This document shows positions 53,403-60,325 of a DNA stretch of 64,000 nt, piece by piece. The position numbers and the translations under genes were made by a program. This DNA comes from Candidatus Margulisiibacteriota bacterium (GTDB lineage: Bacteria > Margulisbacteria > WOR-1 > O2-12-FULL-45-9 > XYB2-FULL-48-7). Within the stretch, counting starts at the first letter, position 1, and each line of letters opens with the position of its first letter. The stretch covers positions 69,076 through 133,075 of the forward strand of contig JBAZKJ010000002.1 in the NCBI GenBank assembly GCA_041650855.1. Reading direction: 5' to 3'. The notes under the pieces were generated by a model. It saw only the letters and a program-made list of their open reading frames with translations. It was not told where the DNA came from and searched no databases.

Positions 53403-54181
53403 GTGATCTCCTTAGCGTCAAAGACCGGCCCATCCTTACAGACCATTTTATAACCACCCTTGGTCATAATAGCACAACCTTTACAGGCTCCCACGCCGCA
53501 CGCCATCCGTTCTTCCAGGGACAACTGGCAGTCGATCTTCTTTTGCCAGGCGATCTCGGCAACAGCCTTGAGCATCGCCTTCGGCCCACAAGCGTATATT
53601 TCCGTTAGTCCCCAGTCCCTAGCCCCCAGCGTATTCTCGAGCAGATCAAGGAGCAGATCGCTTACCAGTCCCTTCTTTCCGTGACTGCCGTCATCGGTGC
53701 TGACGATCACCCGGTCGGCAACTTCTTTCAGCTCCGCTTCGCACTGCACACAATCTTTCTCCCTTGCCCCAATCAGGATGAACGGTTTGCTGCTTTTGAG
53801 CTTGTTGGCCAAGGCAAGCAAGGGAGCGACGCCCATGCCTCCGCCGACTAAGAGATGGGCCTTCTTCCCCGGGTCAATCTTAAAGCCGCTGCCTAAAGGG
53901 CCGAGGACGTCCAGTTCTTCGCCGACGAAATATTTGGTCAAAAGTTCGGTCCCCCGGCCGACCACTTCGTAGAAGAGCTCAAAGGTCTCGTGTTCCGGGT
54001 TGATCCGGTGGAGGCTGATCGGCCGGCGGAGGAGGGGGTCGTAACTGTCCGAACACCTGACCTCCACGAACTGCCCGGGTTCGGCGTGGGTCGCGATATA
54101 TTGGGAAAGGAGGGTCAGTTTGTAAAAGCGGGGGCCGATCTTTTGGTGGTCGAGTATCCGGCACTTTTCCTGGATCGGCAT
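53393..54181 (-). CDS. pyrK: Dihydroorotate dehydrogenase B electron-transfer subunit
   Basis: PGQFV, LRRPIS, GPLGSGF, GGGMGVAP, ACGP, LEERMACGVGACKGC, VCKDGPVF. Confidence 0.94.
   Translation of the reverse strand: MPIQEKCRILDHQKIGPRFYKLTLLSQYIATHAEPGQFVEVRCSDSYDPLLRRPISLHRINPEHETFELFYEVVGRGTELLTKYFVGEELDVLGPLGSGFKIDPGKKAHLLVGGGMGVAPLLALANKLKSSKPFILIGAREKDCVQCEAELKEVADRVIVSTDDGSHGKKGLVSDLLLDLLENTLGARDWGLTEIYACGPKAMLKAVAEIAWQKKIDCQLSLEERMACGVGACKGCAIMTKGGYKMVCKDGPVFDAKEITWS
53610..53630. repeat. STRR1-like heptamer triplet in pyrK
   Basis: CCCCAGT CCCTAGC CCCCAGC (21 nt), within the segment encoding TLGARDWGL on the minus strand. Confidence 0.75.
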
Positions 54182-54230
54182 TGCCCTGTAATTATATGAA
54201 ATTTTCCGCCTTATTTCAAGATAATTAGCT

Positions 54231-54905
54231 ATGCAGGTACGTTCGGGAATAAAAATACGGGTGGGCAGACCTTTATCTTTGGTTCAGGGAAAACAAATCC
54301 GGGCGTTAAGTCTGGAGAACCGGCGTTTGCGCGGCCGGGTCGCGGCGCTGGAAAATAACAACGAGCGGCTGCTGGAGCAGGCTCTGCGCGACCCGTTGAC
54401 CGGCTTGCTTAATAAACGCGGTTTTACCGCCGGTTACGAACGGACCCTCTCGGCCGCCATCCGGCACGGCCGCAAGTTCACCCTGGCGATCCTCGACCTT
54501 GATTTCTTTAAAAAAGTTAACGATACGCACGGCCACGCGGCCGGCGATTTTGTCCTGCAAGAGGTTGCCCAAATAATGCAGAAGGCGCTCCGGTTGACCG
54601 ATACCGTCGCTCGTTGGGGGGGGGAAGAGATCGCCGTGCTCCTGGACGAGACCTCGTTCGCCCAGGCGACCGTACCGCTGGAGAGGATCAGGCAGCGGAT
54701 CGCCGAACACGCCTTCTCGTTCAAGGGGACGGCGATCAAGTTGACCGCCAGTATCGGCTATACCGCTTATGAACCGGACAAACTGCGCTTTCATATGGAC
54801 CAGGACGGCCATCAGGCGTTAAAAGAGACGCTTTTTGAGAAGGCGGACCTGGCCCTTTATTACGCCAAGAACGCCGGCCGCAACCAGATCAGCGGACAGG
54901 AATAG
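54231..54905 (+). CDS. Diguanylate cyclase (GGDEF) with N-terminal coiled coil
   Basis: DPLTGLLN, DLDFFKKVNDTHGH..GD, RLTD (RxxD), RWGGEEI, ADLALYYAK..GRN. Confidence 0.92.
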   Translation: MQVRSGIKIRVGRPLSLVQGKQIRALSLENRRLRGRVAALENNNERLLEQALRDPLTGLLNKRGFTAGYERTLSAAIRHGRKFTLAILDLDFFKKVNDTHGHAAGDFVLQEVAQIMQKALRLTDTVARWGGEEIAVLLDETSFAQATVPLERIRQRIAEHAFSFKGTAIKLTASIGYTAYEPDKLRFHMDQDGHQALKETLFEKADLALYYAKNAGRNQISGQE

Positions 54906-54923
54906 TCTTTTCTCCTTTTGTTG

Positions 54924-54932
54924 TGCTATAAT
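54924..54932 (+). promoter_or_regulatory. Extended -10 promoter of tRNA cluster
   Basis: TG-C-TATAAT, 11 nt upstream of tRNA-Gly. Confidence 0.6.
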
Positions 54933-54943
54933 TTTCTAATCGA

Positions 54944-55016
54944 GCGGGAGTAGCTCAGTTGGTAGAGCTTCTGCTTCCCAAGCAGAAGGTCGCGGGTTCG
55001 AACCCCGTCTCCCGCT
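54944..55016 (+). tRNA. tRNA-Gly (anticodon CCC)
   Basis: GCGGGAG/CTCCCGC acceptor stem, TCTGC-TT-CCC-AA-GCAGA anticodon arm, GGTTCGAAC T-loop; no CCA. Confidence 0.95.
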
Positions 55017-55027
55017 TTTTTTCTTGC

Positions 55028-55098
55028 GGCGGCATGGCCGAGTGGTTAGGCAGCGGTCTGCAAAACCGTTTACTCCAGTTCGAACCTGGATGCCGCCT
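55028..55098 (+). tRNA. tRNA-Cys (anticodon GCA)
   Basis: GGCGGCA/TGCCGCC acceptor stem, GCGGT-CT-GCA-AA-ACCGT anticodon arm, U73; no CCA. Confidence 0.95.
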
Positions 55099-55228
55099 TA
55101 TGTTACAATATACCGGATACCGGGAAGAATGCGCGCTTAGCTCAGCTGGTTAGAGTACTTGTCCCGATGGTCATTATAATAGATAATAATGGAATCATCG
55201 GGATCCCGATTCGATCAGCATCATCATT

Positions 55229-55302
55229 GCGCGCTTAGCTCAGCTGGTTAGAGTACTTGCTTGACAGGCAAGGGGTCACTGGTTCGATCCCAGTAGCGCG
55301 CA
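55229..55302 (+). tRNA. tRNA-Val (anticodon GAC), intact, nested in the insert of the outer copy
   Basis: GCGCGCT/AGCGCGC acceptor stem, CTTGC-TT-GAC-AG-GCAAG anticodon arm, GGTTCGATCC; no CCA. Confidence 0.93.
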
Positions 55303-55333
55303 ATGATGAGTTGGCCCCATCGGGACTTGACAG

Positions 55334-55358
55334 GTGCCTCGACTTCGCTCGGCACAGG
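55334..55358. repeat. Small hairpin element in outer tRNA-Val anticodon arm
   Basis: GTGCC-TCGACTTCGCTC-GGCAC; ACAGG is duplicated on both sides. Confidence 0.75.
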
Positions 55359-55403
55359 CAAGGGGTCACTGGTTCGATCCCAGTAGCGCGCATTCTTCTT
55401 TTT

Positions 55404-55916
55404 TTATGCCGCCAGGAATGCCAACAAATGCCTGATGATCGTGGTGGGAGAGGGAGGGCAGCCGGGGATATGCAGATCGACCTTGAGGACCTTATCGACC
55501 CCGCCCAGCGTGTAATACGAATCCTTGAATAATCCCCCGTTCAACGCGCAGTCGCCCACGGTGATGACAAATTTCTCCCCCGGCAGCGCTTCGTAAGTCT
55601 TCTGCAGAGCCAACAGCATGTTGCGGCTGACCGGGCCGGTCACCAGCAAGGCGTCGGCGTGCTTGGGCGAGGCGACAAAACTGACACCGAACCGCTGGAT
55701 GTCATAGATCGGGTTGGTGGTCGAGATGATCTCCGATTCGCAGGCGCCGCACGAGCCGGTGTCGACCTCGCGGATCTGGAACGACCCCTTGAACCGCCGG
55801 TCGATGACCCGCTTTAATTCTTTCCCCAAGGCTTCAACCTCGGCGGTCAGCTCCTGGCGCGGCAGATCGACGATCCCCTGGCGCAGACGGTTTTTGATCA
55901 TCTTTAACAGTGCCAT
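55404..55916 (-). CDS. Ehr/group-4 small Fe-S subunit (NuoB/HycG-like)
   Basis: DTGSCGACE, HADALLVTGPV, GDCA..GG, IPGCPP. Confidence 0.92.
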   Translation of the reverse strand: MALLKMIKNRLRQGIVDLPRQELTAEVEALGKELKRVIDRRFKGSFQIREVDTGSCGACESEIISTTNPIYDIQRFGVSFVASPKHADALLVTGPVSRNMLLALQKTYEALPGEKFVITVGDCALNGGLFKDSYYTLGGVDKVLKVDLHIPGCPPSPTTIIRHLLAFLAA

Positions 55917-57484
55917 TACAGGTCGTTCCCCGCGTAAGAAAGATCAAAGCTCTTGTTGCAGAGCGGAAAGTCGGGGATGATCTCCCCCTGGGCGGCGTAG
56001 GAAAGTCCTTCCCAGTTATGGAAAGAAGGATCGACGATCTTGCACCGTTCGATCTTCCCTTCATTGTCCAGCTTCAGCCAGTAGAGGACCGGGCCGCGCC
56101 ACCCTTCAACTGCTCCCAACCCGTAACCTTCGACCGGAGAGGGGGCCGTAACCGTCAAATCACCGGGGAGAAGCTGCCCGAGAAAATTGCTGATCAATTC
56201 GCTCGATCGCTTGAACTCCAGCAACCGCATTTTTAGCCGGGCCAGGCAATCGCCGGTTTCCTGGACGACCGGCTGGAAGCCGGCCGATCGGTACGGCTCA
56301 AGGTCGGCGCGCAGGTCGCGCGGCAGGCCGCAGGCGCGCGCGGCCAGGCCGAGCACGCCGATATCTTCGGCGGTCTTCCGGCGGAGAATGCCGGTCGAAT
56401 CGACCCGGTCGATAAAACTGGCGCTGTTGAACAGTATCCCCTCCAGCTCTTTCAAGTCGATGGTCAAAGAGAGGAGCTTGGCAGTCAGCTCGGCGGCCAG
56501 GTTCTTATCGAGGTCCTTGGCGACGCCGCCGACCAGATTGATCCCCTTCAAATAACGGCTGCCGGTCAGCCGGTCGTTCAGCTGCAGCATCCTCTCTTTC
56601 TGGACCGAGGCGAACGAGGCGGCAAAGGTGAAACCGACGTCGAGCGCGATCCCGCCGATGTCGTTGAGATGGTTGGACATCCGCTCCAGTTCCAGATAAA
56701 CGGCACGGAGCAAGACGGCGCGCGGGGGAGGCGTCAAGCCGAGCAGCTTTTCCGACGCTAGCACAAAGGCCAGGCTGTGGGCAAAAGCGGAGTCGCCGGC
56801 CACGCATTCGCTTAAACGGAGCCCTTCGATCAAAGTTTTCCCTTCCATGATCTTTTCCACGCCGCGATGAGTAAAGCCGAGCCTGATTTCCAGGTTAATG
56901 ATCGGTTCCCCGGCGACGCTGAAGCGGAAATGGCCCGGGCCGATGATGCCGGCGTGCACCGGCCCGACCGGTATTTCGAACAACCCTTCGCCTTCGCCTT
57001 TGATAAAATCGTAGGACTGTCCGGTCGGCCCTGCGGCCGACGGGGCGACGAAGTCTTTGCGGAGCGGGAAAACGCCTGCCGGCCAGACCTCGTCGTGCAG
57101 CCGCAAGCGGCGCAGGTCGGGGCTCCCCTCCAGGTCGATCCCGAACATCTCCCGGATCTCCCGTTCGAACAAGCTGGCGGAATAGATCTCTTTAGCCAGG
57201 GAAGGGAACGACTCGGCCCCCGCCGGGAGATCGAGGCAAACGTAGAACCAGTGCCGCTCCGCCGCCGCGTAGAAAGCGGTGTTGAGCCGGAAACAGGAGC
57301 GCGTCCGCCGCTTATCTTCCGCGAACATCATCATGACCGGCGAGGCGCAAAGCTTGTGCAGGGCCAGACAAGCGGGGATAAAATCGGCCGGCTTGACCGT
57401 CAAATAACTTTCCCCCGGTATCTTGGCGTTGACCGTGACCGGTTCGATCTTATATTTGCCGTGTAACTCTTCCCTGATACCCAT
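55916..57484 (-). CDS. Ehr large subunit (NuoCD/HycE-like) lacking NiFe ligands
   Basis: GPVHAGIIGPGHFRF, THRGVEK, ELER..NH, VEGWRG, KIVDPSF; L1 reads ECVAGDSAFAH and L2 reads DLSYAGNDL (no CxxC). Confidence 0.9.
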   Translation of the reverse strand: MGIREELHGKYKIEPVTVNAKIPGESYLTVKPADFIPACLALHKLCASPVMMMFAEDKRRTRSCFRLNTAFYAAAERHWFYVCLDLPAGAESFPSLAKEIYSASLFEREIREMFGIDLEGSPDLRRLRLHDEVWPAGVFPLRKDFVAPSAAGPTGQSYDFIKGEGEGLFEIPVGPVHAGIIGPGHFRFSVAGEPIINLEIRLGFTHRGVEKIMEGKTLIEGLRLSECVAGDSAFAHSLAFVLASEKLLGLTPPPRAVLLRAVYLELERMSNHLNDIGGIALDVGFTFAASFASVQKERMLQLNDRLTGSRYLKGINLVGGVAKDLDKNLAAELTAKLLSLTIDLKELEGILFNSASFIDRVDSTGILRRKTAEDIGVLGLAARACGLPRDLRADLEPYRSAGFQPVVQETGDCLARLKMRLLEFKRSSELISNFLGQLLPGDLTVTAPSPVEGYGLGAVEGWRGPVLYWLKLDNEGKIERCKIVDPSFHNWEGLSYAAQGEIIPDFPLCNKSFDLSYAGNDL

Positions 57485-58882
57485 TTAGCTCCCCCGCAAG
57501 ACGCTGACCGCCGCGTCGAGGCTCTGGCGCAAGACATTGGGGATGAATATCCCCAAACCGATGATAAAAATAAGCAGGAACCCGTAAGACAACCAGCCGC
57601 CGATCGGTTCGGCCGGAGAAACGGTCTGTTCCAACGGCCGCCCGAAGAGGACCTTGCCGAAATGATAGAGGAGGGCGCCGCCGATCACCGCCAGCAGGCC
57701 AAGCAGGAGCGCGCCGATCAGGTAATGACCGGCGATGAACGCGGCGCCGACCAGATAGAACTCGCTGACGAAGACGGCGCCGGGCGGAAAGCCGATCAGG
57801 GCGAAAATACCGACCAACAGAGCAAGCCCGGTCACCGGCAGCGCGCGGCCGACGCCCGAGATCTTGGCCAGGTCGTGCGTGCCGTAGGCTTGGGCGACGC
57901 GGCCGGCGCCGAAGAACATCAGCGCTTTGCCGACCGCGTGGTTGAACAGGTGGAGGAGGGCGCCGAACATCGCCAGAGGGCTGTTGAGGCCGATCCCGAT
58001 CGCGATCAGGCCGAGATGCTCGATGCTGGAATACGCCAGGAGACGCTTCAGGTCCTTCTGGGTAACGATGAAAATGCACGCCACGATCAGCGAGAGCAGG
58101 CCGAAGAGGAGCATCAGGCTGGAATAGAACGGCGCCCCGCAGCAGCGCGTGACGACGATCCCGTAGCGTAAGATGGCGTACAGCGAGCATTTGAGCAGGA
58201 CGCCGGAGAGCATGGCGCTGGCCGGGGAGACCGCCTGGCTGTGCGCGTCGGGCAGCCAGGTGTGCAGCGGCGCCAGGCCGGCTTTGGTGCCGTAGCCGAC
58301 CAGGATAAAGATAAAAGCCACCTTAACGACTTGCGGGTTAAGCAGCTTGGCCGCGGCCAGCAGATCGGTCCAGTTCAGGCTCTTGAGCCCGGTCGCCGAG
58401 GAGAGCGCGAAGGTGAACAGGATCGCGCCGAACAAGGCCAGGGTGATGCCGACGGAACAGATGATCAGGTATTTCCAGGCCGCCTCGACCGAATGTTTGG
58501 AGTTGTAGAAGCCGACCAGGAAAGAAGAGATAAGCGTGGTCAGCTCGATCGCCATCCAGAGGAACCCGAGATTGTTGATCAACGGGACCAGGAACATCGC
58601 GGCGGCGAACAGGTTGAATAATAAATAATACAGCAGCGCTTTACCGGTAGTGATCTTCCCCTGCGCCAGGTCGTCGGCGATAAAGGAAATGGAAAAGAGG
58701 GCGGCGGCAAAAGTGACCGTGGCCGTCGTCAGGATCAGGAGAGCGCTCAGCGCGTCGACATAAAAGAGCGCGCCCAGGGGGATTTTCAGATTGCCGGCGC
58801 CGACCGTCGCCAGGAGATAAAGCGACACCAGCCAGATCAGAAAATGGCCCGCGGCGTTGATCAGGCCTGCTCGTTTGATCAT
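57485..58882 (-). CDS. Antiporter-like membrane subunit (HyfF-like)
   Basis: W.AIELTT, EAAWKY, GYGTKAGLAPLHTWLPDAH, KRLLAYSS.EH. Confidence 0.9.
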   Translation of the reverse strand: MIKRAGLINAAGHFLIWLVSLYLLATVGAGNLKIPLGALFYVDALSALLILTTATVTFAAALFSISFIADDLAQGKITTGKALLYYLLFNLFAAAMFLVPLINNLGFLWMAIELTTLISSFLVGFYNSKHSVEAAWKYLIICSVGITLALFGAILFTFALSSATGLKSLNWTDLLAAAKLLNPQVVKVAFIFILVGYGTKAGLAPLHTWLPDAHSQAVSPASAMLSGVLLKCSLYAILRYGIVVTRCCGAPFYSSLMLLFGLLSLIVACIFIVTQKDLKRLLAYSSIEHLGLIAIGIGLNSPLAMFGALLHLFNHAVGKALMFFGAGRVAQAYGTHDLAKISGVGRALPVTGLALLVGIFALIGFPPGAVFVSEFYLVGAAFIAGHYLIGALLLGLLAVIGGALLYHFGKVLFGRPLEQTVSPAEPIGGWLSYGFLLIFIIGLGIFIPNVLRQSLDAAVSVLRGS

Positions 58883-58883
58883 G

Positions 58884-59519
58884 TTAACCTTTTAACCCCG
58901 ACAGTTTGCTGACGTCGATATGGGTAAAGATCGCGTTGATCCGGTAAATGAACAGCCCCAGGATCATGACGCTGACCAGGATATCGAAGAACAGGGCGAT
59001 CTCGACGAAGAACGGCATTCCGCCGGGAATGACGGTCGCGGCCAGGAAAACGCCGTTCTCCGTCAGCAGCAGGCCGATGACCTGGGCGAGCGCCTTGATC
59101 CGGGTGACCATTAAAAATATTCCGGTCAGCATGACAAAACAAGCTACGCCCAAGGTAGCTTGCTCCAGGTAGGCGGGGGCGGGTATGACCATGCAGGCCA
59201 GCGACCAGGAGAGCAAACCGATGACGACGGTCAACAGCAGGGAAACCTGGGAGTTCACGAACAATCCCAGGTGGTCGCTGGAGCCGATCCGCTTGATCAG
59301 CACGTCGAAGAGATGCGGGATCAGCAAAACTTTTAAGCTGAACAGCAGGCAAGCGATCAGGTAAAGTTCCGGGCTTCCCTCGCGGTAGGCGGCGATCAGC
59401 GTCAGCAGGGCGAGGCAGAGCGATTGGTAGCGGAAATTACGCAAAAGCGCCGGGAAGCGGCTTACCAGCGCGGTTTCCGCGGTTATTAATAAAATTGCGA
59501 ACAGACAAAGCCAGACCAT
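58884..59519 (-). CDS. HyfE-like membrane subunit
   Basis: QVIGLLLTENG, GMPFFVEI..FFD; position in the cluster. Confidence 0.85.
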   Translation of the reverse strand: MVWLCLFAILLITAETALVSRFPALLRNFRYQSLCLALLTLIAAYREGSPELYLIACLLFSLKVLLIPHLFDVLIKRIGSSDHLGLFVNSQVSLLLTVVIGLLSWSLACMVIPAPAYLEQATLGVACFVMLTGIFLMVTRIKALAQVIGLLLTENGVFLAATVIPGGMPFFVEIALFFDILVSVMILGLFIYRINAIFTHIDVSKLSGLKG

Positions 59520-59524
59520 TTAAC

Positions 59525-60325
59525 TTATACCCCCAGGAGCGCGCTGACTACGGCCAGCAGCGCCAGGATCACGCCGAAAACGAGCAGGTCGGGGACCTTG
59601 AACAGCCGGTACTTTGCTGTCCCAACTTCGATCAGCGCGATCACGATGATCAGCACCGGCAGAGAGAGCAGGCCGAACACGCCGGCCAGCAGGCAAAGCC
59701 AGAACGCTTGCTTGATCTGGGCGGATAGTTCGATCAGCGCGAGCGCCGGGCCGGAATAATCGAGCAGCATCGCTTCGTGGACCATGGTCAGCTCCAAGTG
59801 AGTTTCCTGGTTATCGACCGGCAGGCGGGCCGTTTCCGCCAGGATGACGAGCAAGAGAGCGAGGCCGGCCAACAGGTGCGAGACCGACCAGCCTGCTCCG
59901 GGCGCCAGATAAAGAGTGAAAATGACCAGACAGGCCGCCGGCTCGACAAAACTGGCGATGAACATCTCCCGGGAGGCGCCGATCCCGCCGAAAGAACTCC
60001 CCGCGTCGAGCGCGGCTAACGCCAGGAAGAAGCGGCCGAGCGCCAGAACAAAAATGATCGCCAGCAAGTTGTCCGCCTGGAGTAAGATGACCGCGGTCAC
60101 GCCGGTCGCGAAAGCGATGAACGGAGCGGCCCGGAAGATCCAGGAGCTGTCGGCCGGGACGATCGACTCTTTGCCGAATAATTTCCAGAGCTGACGGTAC
60201 GGCTGAAAAATATCCGGACCTTGACGGAGACGGAGGTTATTCTTGATCTTGGCGATCAGGCCGCTAACCAAGGGAGCCAGCCCGATCACCAGGAACAACC
60301 GTAAGACGATCGTCATGCTTGTCAT
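59525..60325 (-). CDS. NuoH/HyfC-like membrane subunit
   Basis: RQGP...QPY..L.KL, ALD.GSSFGG.GASRE, AETARLPVDN, LELTMVHEAM.L.YSG. Confidence 0.9.
   Translation of the reverse strand: MTSMTIVLRLFLVIGLAPLVSGLIAKIKNNLRLRQGPDIFQPYRQLWKLFGKESIVPADSSWIFRAAPFIAFATGVTAVILLQADNLLAIIFVLALGRFFLALAALDAGSSFGGIGASREMFIASFVEPAACLVIFTLYLAPGAGWSVSHLLAGLALLLVILAETARLPVDNQETHLELTMVHEAMLLDYSGPALALIELSAQIKQAFWLCLLAGVFGLLSLPVLIIVIALIEVGTAKYRLFKVPDLLVFGVILALLAVVSALLGV

Larger units (their letters stand above)
55131..55392 (+). pseudogene. Interrupted (outer) tRNA-Val(GAC) in three pieces
   Basis: 55131-55161 + 55326-55334 + 55359-55392 concatenate to a 74-nt sequence identical to 55229-55302. Confidence 0.85.

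Noticed and set aside
55162-55325. Group I intron or archaeal-type intron in tRNA-Val
   Set aside because: The insert is not after U33 or at 37/38, about half of it is a tRNA, and I could not find P/Q/R/S elements or a clear bulge-helix-bulge
55131-55392. attL/attR of an integrated prophage or island
   Set aside because: There is no integrase or cargo, and the internal copy is full-length rather than a partial att duplication; a remnant cannot be fully excluded
55916-57484. Group 4 NiFe hydrogenase / formate hydrogenlyase call
   Set aside because: Both CxxC nickel-binding motifs are absent
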